From: Candidatus Poseidoniaceae archaeon
GTDB lineage: Archaea > Thermoplasmatota > Poseidoniia > Poseidoniales > Poseidoniaceae
Direction of reading: 5' to 3'
Assembly (NCBI GenBank): GCA_028353405.1
Contig: JAOMOG010000007.1
Span: 755 to 64,754, forward strand
Length of the DNA stretch: 64,000 bases
Below the pieces are notes generated by a model that saw only the letters and a list, made by a program, of their open reading frames with translations, was not told the DNA's origin and did not search any database. Both the position numbers and the translations under genes were made by a program. Positions 38,803-49,215 of the stretch are shown in pieces; the first letter of the stretch is position 1, and every line of letters starts with the position of its first letter.

Positions 38803-41088
38803 ATGCTACGAAGCCGAATAATTGATTTCCAATTCTCATCCATAGCGATGTTGTTGTTAATTATTCTCGTTCCAGCAACTACTGCTACATCATCTGGGCT
38901 ATCTTATGCAGGCGGACTCTCAAACCCCTCAGAAGTATCAAATAGCCAATCAGTGGACATTAATTATGACAACACATTGTTAGCGACTGGATATAACGGA
39001 GTACTAACAATCCATAGTATTGAAGACAATTCATTAATAGCAAGTTTTGAATTGATTAGGCAAATTGTTGATTTGAAATTTTCTCCCGACGGATTGACAT
39101 TAGCACTATCGTTAATCGGTTCAGAAGTCCGTACTGATAATATTCAATTGATTGATGTTGAAAGCCTCCAATTAATAACAAATGTCAATAGTAATTCTAA
39201 CTCTGAAACAAAATCTATTTCTTGGAGCCCTGATAGTACTATTCTGGCAGTTCCTAATTCGGACAAAGGTGTAGATCTATTGAGAAAGTCTGACCTAAGT
39301 ATTGAGGTGAGTTTGTCTAGTGGACATAATACTGATGTGTCTTGTATTGCCTTTTCAACTGATGGCAACATGGTGCTAACCGGTGATGAATCAGGACGAG
39401 TGTTGACATGGGATCGGCTAGGCAACCCTACAGGAAAACAGTGGGACTTGGATAGCGAAGTTGTAGGTTGTGGCTTTGATAGCGAAGACTTGAGGATAGG
39501 TCTACTGAGTGAAAATGGAAGGTTGAAAACTGTGGATCCAAATGGAGGTGCAATTAATCAGAGTGACTTTATTTCGGGAAGTGGAATGTTATGGTCTAGT
39601 GATGGAACTTACATTCACATTATAGAATCTAGTACCCAATCAAAGATTATTACCATCGAGGCCTCTACATTTTTAGTCAAGGAAGAGACGATATTATTCC
39701 ATCGCGCATCAGATTTTGCAGTTATTGAAAACTCAAACTTTTTGCCAGAGAAAATATTTGTCACCTCAGATACCCAAAATATTGCCATATACGGCTCGCC
39801 CGTATTACCAATTGGATACGGTGAAAATGGTGCAGATTTAGATGGAGACGGTGTTCCTGATCATTTAGATGATGATGACGATGGAGATTCTATTTCAGAT
39901 GATTGGGACATCAATTGTGTTTCAAGTGCTGAGGAGTGTTCAAACGTTCCAAAACAAGATGATATTAGAAATCTAAATATTTGGATTAACCAAACTACAT
40001 TAGAACTTGAAGATGTAATTACATTAAATTCTCAACAATCATCCCTCATTAGAAACATGTCTCGCAAATCCGTTATCGCAGACCAGCAATTAAGCCATTC
40101 CGAAGCAGTTAGGTTCTCCAACTCTGTTTGTGAGAACATGGACACTGCTGATTTCATTGACTCGTGGAAGGCTGCGATTGAATTATCTGTAGGTCAGGTG
40201 GAAAATGGATACGTTAGTTGTAATATTAGAAGTGGAATGATATTAACTGAGGTAGACGATGAAAGAACAAGAATAAAGATCGTATTGAAGGTTTCATTTA
40301 CACTGTTCCCAGATGCGCGCTATCCACTTCAATTATCACTCATGTATCAGCCAGAGGCAACTGATGGTTCAATAGCCAATTTAGCTGAAGCGCACCCAAT
40401 TCATGTTGTTCTAGACGGAGAACGTGGACTACCAGTTTCATGGAGTCCATGGTGGGTTGAAGAAAATAAAATTAATTTACAACTGATAGAGGATATTCCT
40501 CCCAAGCCCACAATGCTAGAAACTTTTGTCAAAATCACCATCGAATATCCATGGATTGCAATATTCGCTATCTTGATGCTAACCGCATCAGCATTAACCT
40601 ATATTAGAACAAGAAATGCTAGTAATGTTGATTTAGAATTTGCATTTGATGACTTTGATGACATCCCTGAAGGAACTAAAGAGAATGAATTTGAGGAAGA
40701 GGAAGAGGAAGAAGAATCATTGACCCATGAGGAATTAATGAGAAAGCGGCAGATAAAAAGAAAAATTGGCCGCAAAAAGTCACAACCTAGTGAGGCTGTT
40801 TCGCAAAACGAATCAGAATCTACCATCGGTGGCTTTTACGACGATGAAGATGATATTGCACCTGTGGTTGTACGGAGAAGGTCTGGTAGTGTTAAACGAA
40901 GTCGTGACGGCACCGCTGTGACGGGAAAGCGTACTACATTGAGTTCTATAAGCGAACAGACTGCTCCAGTTATTGCTAAGAAAGTATCAACTAAGAAACC
41001 AGTCATCAAAACCCGCAGAGTCGTTACTGGGCAAAACGATAATCAAGTAATGGATGATGCTCTTGATCGTTTGACTAACAGTGATTGA
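38803..41088 (+). CDS. Surface-anchored WD40 beta-propeller protein with TSP3-like Ca-binding motif, one TM helix and charged cytoplasmic tail
   Basis: Signal-peptide-like N-terminus; WD40-type repeats (KFSPDG, SWSPDS, GHNTDVSCIAFSTDG...WD); DLDGDGVPDHLDDDDDGDSISDDWD; TM WIAIFAILMLTASALTYI; start uncertain. Confidence 0.8.
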   Translation: MLRSRIIDFQFSSIAMLLLIILVPATTATSSGLSYAGGLSNPSEVSNSQSVDINYDNTLLATGYNGVLTIHSIEDNSLIASFELIRQIVDLKFSPDGLTLALSLIGSEVRTDNIQLIDVESLQLITNVNSNSNSETKSISWSPDSTILAVPNSDKGVDLLRKSDLSIEVSLSSGHNTDVSCIAFSTDGNMVLTGDESGRVLTWDRLGNPTGKQWDLDSEVVGCGFDSEDLRIGLLSENGRLKTVDPNGGAINQSDFISGSGMLWSSDGTYIHIIESSTQSKIITIEASTFLVKEETILFHRASDFAVIENSNFLPEKIFVTSDTQNIAIYGSPVLPIGYGENGADLDGDGVPDHLDDDDDGDSISDDWDINCVSSAEECSNVPKQDDIRNLNIWINQTTLELEDVITLNSQQSSLIRNMSRKSVIADQQLSHSEAVRFSNSVCENMDTADFIDSWKAAIELSVGQVENGYVSCNIRSGMILTEVDDERTRIKIVLKVSFTLFPDARYPLQLSLMYQPEATDGSIANLAEAHPIHVVLDGERGLPVSWSPWWVEENKINLQLIEDIPPKPTMLETFVKITIEYPWIAIFAILMLTASALTYIRTRNASNVDLEFAFDDFDDIPEGTKENEFEEEEEEEESLTHEELMRKRQIKRKIGRKKSQPSEAVSQNESESTIGGFYDDEDDIAPVVVRRRSGSVKRSRDGTAVTGKRTTLSSISEQTAPVIAKKVSTKKPVIKTRRVVTGQNDNQVMDDALDRLTNSD

Positions 41089-41886
41089 TTACCAACAGAA
41101 TTGGGCACCGGCAGTCAGTTCACATGCTTCTATCAAAAATTGGTTCAATCCGGCTAGATGGTCATCATCAAGTCTATTGAATACCTCTCCGAAATATCGG
41201 TCCAATCTCTCGTAAGATAATTCAGAACGGCTAATGGACCAATTGATTACAGCATCTCTTTGTTCAGAACTGGTCTCGAAAAGAGCCAACTTTGACTCAA
41301 GAGCGTTGTGTGCTGCAATTATCATTTCTTTAGGAGTGTCAATTCTAGCTGCGAAGACCCCGAAAACCATCGGTTTTCCTGATTTCTCTAGCCATGCTTG
41401 CCCTAAGTCTAATTGTACCATTGAAGGATACTCTTTTGCACTCTCTAGTGCTCTATCTCCAATCAGTAGTGCTCCATCACAATTATCTAGCATCAAATCA
41501 AAATCTGGACCCATTTGGGTCAAAGTTGGATTCAATCCCTTGATCTTCAAAAGATGCTTCAAAAGTGCTACCGATGTTGCCGAATCAGAAGGCAAAGCAA
41601 TAGATTCCATTTTTTCTAATTTCTTGTTTGAAAATAATAGTACACTACCGACTTCACCCTTAGAACAAATACCAATATCCGGAATTAATATTAATTCGTC
41701 AGCATGTTTTGCATAATCGGCAGCAGGGATTGGCGCTAGTACACAATCTCTGCGTAGCAAATGACCAGTTAACCATGAAGGTGGTGCTGGTAAAACATTC
41801 CATGTTTCATCAAGACCATAGAATAAAGGGTCACAATTGAGAAAGGAAACACGACCGATTGTCCTCGTCCAACCATGGGTCGCCAT
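41089..41886 (-). CDS. mqnA: Chorismate dehydratase (futalosine pathway)
   Basis: GRVSFLNCDPL, GEVGSVLLFS, SATSVAL, LLIGDRAL, DLGQAW, PMVFGVFA. Confidence 0.9.
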   Translation of the reverse strand: MATHGWTRTIGRVSFLNCDPLFYGLDETWNVLPAPPSWLTGHLLRRDCVLAPIPAADYAKHADELILIPDIGICSKGEVGSVLLFSNKKLEKMESIALPSDSATSVALLKHLLKIKGLNPTLTQMGPDFDLMLDNCDGALLIGDRALESAKEYPSMVQLDLGQAWLEKSGKPMVFGVFAARIDTPKEMIIAAHNALESKLALFETSSEQRDAVINWSISRSELSYERLDRYFGEVFNRLDDDHLAGLNQFLIEACELTAGAQFCW

Positions 41887-41937
41887 AATGCGAGGGGGGG
41901 CCTACTACTGAAAGGTGTAACTCATAATTGGTTTGAG

Positions 41938-43146
41938 TTATTGGGCCATTTTCAAACCGCGTATTGGCTTTGGAGTTGGGGCAATGAATCTTTCAAATCG
42001 TTCATATGTTGTATTCCTCTTTACAGGAATACATCCAGCATTTTCAATCAATTTAGACAATTTACTCAAATCATGATCTAACGGCGCAGTGGAGCCTGCT
42101 AAATGCATAATAGATTCCTTTTGTACCGTTCCATCAATATCATCAGCACCGAACTGTAATGCTAATTCCGCTAACCCATCACCAATATTCATTCGATATG
42201 CCTTGATATGCGGTATAGAGTCAAGCATTAACCTTGAAACTGCAATGGTTCGTAATACTTCAGTTCCTGTAGCACATTGAGCTTCAGGCAGCCTGGATGA
42301 ATCAGGCAAGAACGGATATGGCACAAAACACTGAAACCCTCCAGTTTCGTCAGCCAATTTGCGCAATTTATCCATGTGGATTAGACGATGCCTTAGCGTT
42401 TCAACTGTTCCAAATAGCATGGTACAATTTGAAGGCAAGCCGATTTGATGAGCGGTTCTATGAATCTCCAAGTACTCCTCAGAACTCTCTTTCCCATTAC
42501 AGATTATTGCCCTGACCCCATCATCTAATATTTCTGCACCCCCACCAGGTAAACTACCAAGTCCTGCATCCTTCAGTATCGTCAAAACCTCTCTGTAAGA
42601 CATACTAGACAACTGTGAAAGATGTTTTATTTCAACTGCTGTCAATGCTTTAATTGTGATATGAGGGAATTTCTCGCTTACTGTTTTGAATAAGTCTCGA
42701 TAATGGTAAACATCCCAATCCGGATGTAATCCTCCGACTGAATGAACTTCATCAACATATTCTGCATAATTCGACAAATCATCAACATATGCCTCAATGT
42801 CCAGTGAATAAGCGTCAGCAGATTTCTTACTTCTTCTAAAGGCACAAAAGCGACATGCTAAGACACAAACATTAGTTTGATTCACATGTACATTCGAATT
42901 AAAAAATGCAAAGTTTTCAAAACGTGATTTACGGACAAAATCAGCTAACCTGCCCACTTCGTTAAGATTCTGATGATGATATAGGATCAATCCATCCTCA
43001 ATACTCAATCTCTCCCCTAAGGCAACCTTCTCAGCGATCGGAGTGATTGTTTCACTCCACTGCTCGGATTCTAATGATTCGGCTAGCCTCTGTTGCCAGT
43101 CATTCTGGCAACCTGCAAGTAACTGAGATGATGACCACTGTTGCAT
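41938..43146 (-). CDS. mqnE: Aminodeoxyfutalosine synthase (CofH/MqnE-family radical SAM)
   Basis: TNVCVLACRFCAF, VGGLHP, TAVEI, PGGGAEI, HIKAY, FGADDIDGTV. HIKAY and GGLHP favour MqnE over MqnC. Confidence 0.8.
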   Translation of the reverse strand: MQQWSSSQLLAGCQNDWQQRLAESLESEQWSETITPIAEKVALGERLSIEDGLILYHHQNLNEVGRLADFVRKSRFENFAFFNSNVHVNQTNVCVLACRFCAFRRSKKSADAYSLDIEAYVDDLSNYAEYVDEVHSVGGLHPDWDVYHYRDLFKTVSEKFPHITIKALTAVEIKHLSQLSSMSYREVLTILKDAGLGSLPGGGAEILDDGVRAIICNGKESSEEYLEIHRTAHQIGLPSNCTMLFGTVETLRHRLIHMDKLRKLADETGGFQCFVPYPFLPDSSRLPEAQCATGTEVLRTIAVSRLMLDSIPHIKAYRMNIGDGLAELALQFGADDIDGTVQKESIMHLAGSTAPLDHDLSKLSKLIENAGCIPVKRNTTYERFERFIAPTPKPIRGLKMAQ

Positions 43147-43163
43147 AATTATTTCACCTTCAA

Positions 43164-46064
43164 TTATGCTCTTTTCTTACCGATTGCAAACACTCGAGAA
43201 TAGACAAGGAATTTTCTAAATTCTTCAGCGATAAATACTCCTGATGCGACAGCCATTATTATCAGCCAATCCTTCCCTTCTAGTTCAATTGTAGATAATA
43301 GTGAACCAACCTGGACATTGAGAATAGGTATGACTTCAGACGAGTTATGAATTATTAGCCATAGTAGTGAGAACGATATCACAACTGCATAATTTATTGC
43401 TTTGTTAGAGAATAGTCCCAATTTGAAAACACTATCCTCGCTACTTCGGCAATTCATTACATTGAATAATTGGAATACTACGAAAACTGCGAATGTCATT
43501 GTTTGGGCATAAACGAATCTATCTTCTGAATAACTCTCCCAGTCTTCTATTGCTGCAGAATCTCCAACCAAGCACGCATTGCGGTCAAAGTGCTGAGATA
43601 AATCCTCCTCGGTAAATGGTAGTCCATCACAGACCTCAACTCCTCCACCAGCAAGGAAGAAAATTATGAGAGTTCCCGTTACCATGACAATTCCAAGATA
43701 GAATATTAATGCAATATCAGAAAGACTCGGTAATCCTTCCTGAACTGGACGCGGCGGCCTATTCATCACGCTTCCATGCTTCTTTTCAACACCAAGTGCA
43801 ACCGCGGGAGGGCCATCCATTAGGATATTGATTACCAATATTTGAGTAGCTGTAAGTGGTAAATTCCAGCCAAATATGAATGTAGAGACAATGATTAATG
43901 CTACAGCAGCAACATTTGTTGAAATCTGGTATCTTACAAAGTTTCGAATGTTTTGATAAATTTTTCTTCCTTCTTCTATGGCAGATACAATATTTGCAAA
44001 GTTATCATCCTGTAAAACCATGTCAGAAGCGTCCTTTGCAACATCTGTACCCGCTATTCCCATTGAGATACCAATATTTGCCCGTGATAATGCTGGCGCA
44101 TCATTTACTCCATCTCCTGTCATTGCAACAATTTCACCATTTTCCTGTAAAGATGAAACTATCCGCATCTTTTGATCTGGTGTCACGCGAGAGAATATGC
44201 TTGTATCGCCACACACATCTATCATTTCTTCATCAGTGTAATTGGATAACTGATGGCCATTTACCGCTGGAACTATCCCATCTGTAATATTTAATTCCAA
44301 ACCTATTGCATTAGCGGTAATTTGCTGATCTCCAGTAATCATCTTTACCTTTATTCCAGCTCTTTGGCAAATTGCGATTGCCTCTTCCACTTCGGGGCGC
44401 GGAGGATCCATTATTCCAACTAGTCCCAAGTAAATGAATCCAGACTCTATCTTAGTTACATCATCAATATTTTCATCATCACCCATCTTTCTAGCACACA
44501 ATGCTAATACGCGCATTGCTTTCGATGCCATGTCCTTATTGGACTCGACTGCACTATCAAAATCAGATTGCCCGATTGGTTGAATCTTTCCATCTAGTAT
44601 TTTTCTATCGACTAAAGTCTTGTATCCGCCTGCTCCACCCTTAGAGAATATCCATTTTTCACCCTCGTATTCATGAATAACTGTCATTCTCTTTCTAACG
44701 GAGTCAAAAAAGAACTCATGGATACGTGGATGACGTTGTGCGAATTTCTTTACATCGCCATTGATTTTCCACCCTGCGACAGCACAAGCAGAATCCGTTG
44801 GATCTCCTATCGCCTGCCATCTCCCATCAACCTTTGAAATTTGAGAATTGTGACATAATGCCAAACATGCGGCTGTTAATCTGAAACCAAGGTCATTTTG
44901 TAATGACGACATTTCCGTATCGGAGACATTTGAGCCTTCTTTCATCAAAGTTCCTTCTGGTTTGAATCCGTTTCCAGAGATGTCGAATTTTCCAAAAGAG
45001 GTGCTTATTTGACGAGCAGTCATTTGGTTTTTAGTTAAAGTACCTGTTTTATCTGAACAAATAACAGTGGTTGAACCGAGAGTTTCCACTGCCTTCATTC
45101 TCCTAATAATCGCCTTATGTTGAGCCATGTTTCGCATTCCTAGAGCTAGAGTGATTACCAAAATAATTGGTAAACCCTCAGGAACAATTGCAACGAAAAT
45201 CGCCACAGCGACCATGAATTGTTCTAATGCTGCATCCCAAATGTCAATATTTGGATCACCATAAGCGATTAGCATTTTTAGTGACACTAAGAGAAATGCT
45301 ACTATTAGAGCAACAAATCCAAGGAATTTTCCTAACGATTCTAATTTCATTTCCAAAGGAGTTGGAGGGGATTTACTACCGACAATATCTGTTGCGATTC
45401 TGCCTAACTCGGTTTTCATACCCGTTTCAACAACAATACCAACCGCTCTCCCAGTTGCGACACAAGTGCCCATATAAGCCATGTTTATTCTTTCTGCAAG
45501 TATCGTATCATTATCACAGACATTCGGATTTTTCCTAACAGTGTGAGATTCTCCGGTTAGAGCCGACTCATCGATTTTGCATTGGAATGCTTCTATTATT
45601 CTTATATCAGCTGGTACATTCAAACCTCCTTCCAACTTTACAATATCACCAGGAACCAATTCTTGTGTAGATATTTCTACATCAATCCCCTCACGAATGA
45701 CAACACATTGAGAAACAGACATTTGTTTCAGTGCATCCATTGCTTGCTCAGCTTGACCTTCTTGCCAAAATCCGAATACTGCATTTGCCGTTAGAACAAT
45801 AAAAATGAATATTGCATCTCCAGAATTATGCCCCGGTAATGCTAGTGCAACTAAAGCTGCTGCGATTAACAAATAGTTGAGAGGATCGTGATACTGAGAT
45901 AAAAACCTCATTATAGCAGATGTTTTGACAGGTTCTTGTAATTTATTAAAACCATATTTCTCTTGCCTTTCGCTAACTTCAGAAGGCAATAAACCATCTA
46001 AATTAGTATCTAATTCAAGTAAAATATCAGTAGTTTCAAGGTCATGCCAAGTAGTTGTAGACAT
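43164..46064 (-). CDS. P-type ATPase, P2A (Ca2+-transporting-like)
   Basis: LTGES, AIVPEGLP, CSDKTGTLT, MITGD, TGDGVNDAPAL, QISTNV, QILVINILMDGPPA. Confidence 0.92.
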   Translation of the reverse strand: MSTTTWHDLETTDILLELDTNLDGLLPSEVSERQEKYGFNKLQEPVKTSAIMRFLSQYHDPLNYLLIAAALVALALPGHNSGDAIFIFIVLTANAVFGFWQEGQAEQAMDALKQMSVSQCVVIREGIDVEISTQELVPGDIVKLEGGLNVPADIRIIEAFQCKIDESALTGESHTVRKNPNVCDNDTILAERINMAYMGTCVATGRAVGIVVETGMKTELGRIATDIVGSKSPPTPLEMKLESLGKFLGFVALIVAFLLVSLKMLIAYGDPNIDIWDAALEQFMVAVAIFVAIVPEGLPIILVITLALGMRNMAQHKAIIRRMKAVETLGSTTVICSDKTGTLTKNQMTARQISTSFGKFDISGNGFKPEGTLMKEGSNVSDTEMSSLQNDLGFRLTAACLALCHNSQISKVDGRWQAIGDPTDSACAVAGWKINGDVKKFAQRHPRIHEFFFDSVRKRMTVIHEYEGEKWIFSKGGAGGYKTLVDRKILDGKIQPIGQSDFDSAVESNKDMASKAMRVLALCARKMGDDENIDDVTKIESGFIYLGLVGIMDPPRPEVEEAIAICQRAGIKVKMITGDQQITANAIGLELNITDGIVPAVNGHQLSNYTDEEMIDVCGDTSIFSRVTPDQKMRIVSSLQENGEIVAMTGDGVNDAPALSRANIGISMGIAGTDVAKDASDMVLQDDNFANIVSAIEEGRKIYQNIRNFVRYQISTNVAAVALIIVSTFIFGWNLPLTATQILVINILMDGPPAVALGVEKKHGSVMNRPPRPVQEGLPSLSDIALIFYLGIVMVTGTLIIFFLAGGGVEVCDGLPFTEEDLSQHFDRNACLVGDSAAIEDWESYSEDRFVYAQTMTFAVFVVFQLFNVMNCRSSEDSVFKLGLFSNKAINYAVVISFSLLWLIIHNSSEVIPILNVQVGSLLSTIELEGKDWLIIMAVASGVFIAEEFRKFLVYSRVFAIGKKRA

Positions 46065-46260
46065 AGTATTCACCTTGAATGCAAGAATCATCCAATAACC
46101 CTGCGAAGAATTGATGATTTATGAGTATAATGGAGGAGAACCCATCAACTAATATTGAATATAGGGGATATAATTATTATATTTTACAAGTTAGAGAATT
46201 TTCTAATACTAACATTTTATCTGCATTAGGTTCAAAATCCCAATTCACTTGGCTGAGATT

Positions 46261-48303
46261 ATGAGCGCTCTGGGCGAACCATATATATCGGCCGATGAGT
46301 CTCCTATGGAATTGACTCTCAGAGTAATCCTGGTAGGTATTGTTCTTGGTGTTTTGATGACGGCAGCCAATGCATATCTGGGTTTATACGCAGGCATGAC
46401 CGTATCTGCTTCAATTCCTGCTGCAGTGATGTCAATGATCATTTTACGCACCTTATTTGATGATGTTTCAATTCTTGAAAACAATGCAGTGCAAACCATG
46501 GCAAGTGCTGGTGAATCACTTGCTGCAGGAGTTATTTTTACAGTACCAGCACTACTAGTAATTGGGCTATGGGAAGATATCCAATTTGTTGAAACGTTTG
46601 TAATTGCACTTATCGGGGGGCTTTTGGGTACAATGTTCACCATTGCCCTAAGAAGATTATTCATCGTAGAAGAAGCCCTGCCTTATCCTGAAGGTGTTGC
46701 CTGTAGAGAAGTACTGGTTGCTGGTGAAGAGGGTGGAGAAGGTGCATTAGCAATCTTGTATGCACTAGGAATCGGTGCAATATATGGATTCATGGTAAAG
46801 GGTTTCAATGTGACACATCACACAGTTGAGAGTTCTGTAGATTTTCTAAGTACAAAATTATACGCTGGTATGGATTTGTCAATTGCACTATTATCTGTTG
46901 GATATATCGTAGGAATAAGAATCGCTTCATTTATTTTCTTAGGCGGAGTAATCGGCTTTGGGATATTAGTTCCAATTTATGGATTGATAAACGGCTGGCC
47001 TGAAGCATCAAATGGAGTAGAGGCTTTCTATAGCGTATGGTCTACGCAAATCCGCTATGTTGGCGTTGGCGCCATGGTAGTGGGAGGAGTTTACACTCTA
47101 TGGTCGATGAAAGGAACAATCTATAATGGATTGTCAAAAGCATTTGAAAAGAATGATGAGGCTGCGTTTGAAGTCGTACGCACTGAGCAAGATCTACCGC
47201 TTCGCAAAGTTTTGATGGTCTGTGGACTACTTGTTATTGCGACCTTTATATTCTATGCCATTGCATTGGAATCAGTTGTATTAGCTCTTGCTGGTGCAAC
47301 GTTTTTGGCAGTCGTTTCATTCTTTTTCGCAGCCGTTGCTGGATATATCGCTGGTGTGGTTGGATCTTCTAATTCCCCCGTTTCAGGAATGACAATTGCA
47401 ACTTTATTATTCACAGTTGCACTTGTATGGGTAGTAGGTGACTTATTTCTTGGATTGTCTACAGGCACTCTAATGTATGCAACATTACTAATCGCCGCAA
47501 TCGTAGCATCTTCAGCCGCTATTGCCGGTGATGTCATGCAGGATTTGAAAACCGGACACATGGTTGGTGCAACTCCATGGAGGCAACAGATTGCCGAAAT
47601 AGTTGGTGTCGTAACCGGTGCTATTGTAATTGGGCCAACATTAAAATTACTACATGAAGCATTCAGAATATCAAGTACTGCTTGTGCATTAGATCCACTA
47701 CCTGGTGACCCTGAATGTAAAAATGCACTCTTCGCTCCACAGGCTGAATTAATTGGAGCGATTGTCGAAGGTGCATTTGGAAGTGGTTTAAATCTACAAA
47801 TGGTATTACTCGGAGCAGTTATCGCCGTTGTATTGATTAGACTAAGTATGCCAGTAATGAGCGTTGCAATTGGAATATATTTGCCACTCGGACTATCAGT
47901 TCCGATCATGTTAGGTGGCGTAATTTCATACATCGCTCTAAGAAGTGCCCACCTTAGAATAGATGGTACACTCGATAGAGAACCAAGTTCAGAAGCAGTT
48001 ACTGCTGCTAAAGAAGTAGAAAGTAGAGGGGTCCTAATTGGGGCAGGATTTATTGCAGGAGAATCGATAATGGGAGTTTTCGTAGCGGTATTAATCGTTA
48101 TGAAAATCAATCTTCCTGAATTATTAGGAATAGGCGTATTAGGAAACTTACTTTCACTCGCTTTCTTCGCTTGGTTTGTTGGAATATTTATCTGGTTAGC
48201 AACAAGAGCATTGCCTGAAGGTGGCAATTTACTAACCGATGCTATAGTCGTTGCAAGAAATGCGATTTCACGTGCATACCAATCACTAATGCCTAAGCGT
48301 TAA
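46261..48303 (+). CDS. OPT family oligopeptide transporter
   Basis: ELTLR, YLGLYAGMTVSASIPAAV, ENNAVQT, LPYPEG, SSNSPVSG, QDLKTGHMVGATP, APQA. Confidence 0.93.
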   Translation: MSALGEPYISADESPMELTLRVILVGIVLGVLMTAANAYLGLYAGMTVSASIPAAVMSMIILRTLFDDVSILENNAVQTMASAGESLAAGVIFTVPALLVIGLWEDIQFVETFVIALIGGLLGTMFTIALRRLFIVEEALPYPEGVACREVLVAGEEGGEGALAILYALGIGAIYGFMVKGFNVTHHTVESSVDFLSTKLYAGMDLSIALLSVGYIVGIRIASFIFLGGVIGFGILVPIYGLINGWPEASNGVEAFYSVWSTQIRYVGVGAMVVGGVYTLWSMKGTIYNGLSKAFEKNDEAAFEVVRTEQDLPLRKVLMVCGLLVIATFIFYAIALESVVLALAGATFLAVVSFFFAAVAGYIAGVVGSSNSPVSGMTIATLLFTVALVWVVGDLFLGLSTGTLMYATLLIAAIVASSAAIAGDVMQDLKTGHMVGATPWRQQIAEIVGVVTGAIVIGPTLKLLHEAFRISSTACALDPLPGDPECKNALFAPQAELIGAIVEGAFGSGLNLQMVLLGAVIAVVLIRLSMPVMSVAIGIYLPLGLSVPIMLGGVISYIALRSAHLRIDGTLDREPSSEAVTAAKEVESRGVLIGAGFIAGESIMGVFVAVLIVMKINLPELLGIGVLGNLLSLAFFAWFVGIFIWLATRALPEGGNLLTDAIVVARNAISRAYQSLMPKR

Positions 48304-48387
48304 TCAATTCCTTGTAATTCGTCTTAGAGATGAGGCGCAAGTATCAAAGAGCCCCCTCATAGCCAATGGATCAATAGGGTGTTTTTC

Positions 48388-49215
48388 ATGACATTGTCAA
48401 TATCAGAACTTGAAGAGTTTGCAAGAAAATGTAGAGTTGAAATCGTCAAAATGGTTTACCGTGCTCAAGCCGGTCACCCTGGTGGTTCACTATCGGAAAT
48501 AGACCTAATTTCAGCACTTTATGCAACCCGTATGCGAGTGCGTCCTGATGAGCCAAAGTGGGAAGATAGAGACCGATTCATTCTATCCAAGGGGCATGCC
48601 TCTCCTGGAATGTATGCAGTCTTGGCAGAGATGGGTTTCATTGATCATGAAGACTTACATTCATACAGAGTTCTTGGTGGAAAATGCCAAGGACACGTGG
48701 ACATGAAATGGTGTCCAGGTGTAGATTTTTCTGCAGGTTCTTTGGGAATGGGCCTTTCATTCGGCCTAGGGTGTGCAGTAGCTGCTCGCCTAGACAATAG
48801 TGAGCGAAGAACATTCGTAATGATTGGAGATGGTGAAATCCAAGAAGGTAGTGTGTGGGAAGCAGCAATGGCTGCAGCGCATCATGAAGTTGGTAACCTC
48901 AAAGTAATACTTGACCGCAATAGAATTCAAAATGATGACTTTTGTGAAGCACAAATGAGAATGTTTGACATTCCTGCAAAGTGGAGAGCGTTTGGCTGGG
49001 AAGTCAAGGAAATAGATGGACATAATATGGAAGAGGTAATGTCTGGACTAGATTTCCTTGAGGCTACTAACGACAAGCCAGCAATCTTGATTGCACATAC
49101 TATCAAGGGCGCTGGAGTATCCTTTATGGAAAACAATCCGTCCTTCCATGGGGCAGCACCTAATGATGATCAATTTGCTCAGGCAATGGCAGAACTAGGC
49201 GAGGTGATTGTATGA
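48388..49215 (+). CDS. Transketolase, N-terminal subunit
   Basis: GHPGGSLS, DRFILSKGH, GSLGMG, GDGEIQEG (TPP motif), DGH, TIKG. Confidence 0.93.
   Translation: MTLSISELEEFARKCRVEIVKMVYRAQAGHPGGSLSEIDLISALYATRMRVRPDEPKWEDRDRFILSKGHASPGMYAVLAEMGFIDHEDLHSYRVLGGKCQGHVDMKWCPGVDFSAGSLGMGLSFGLGCAVAARLDNSERRTFVMIGDGEIQEGSVWEAAMAAAHHEVGNLKVILDRNRIQNDDFCEAQMRMFDIPAKWRAFGWEVKEIDGHNMEEVMSGLDFLEATNDKPAILIAHTIKGAGVSFMENNPSFHGAAPNDDQFAQAMAELGEVIV

Noticed and set aside
47253..48227. 324-aa minus-strand ORF (similarly 55309-56196 on the plus strand)
   Set aside because: Fully antisense to clearly recognisable OPT and ArsA genes; no motifs of their own
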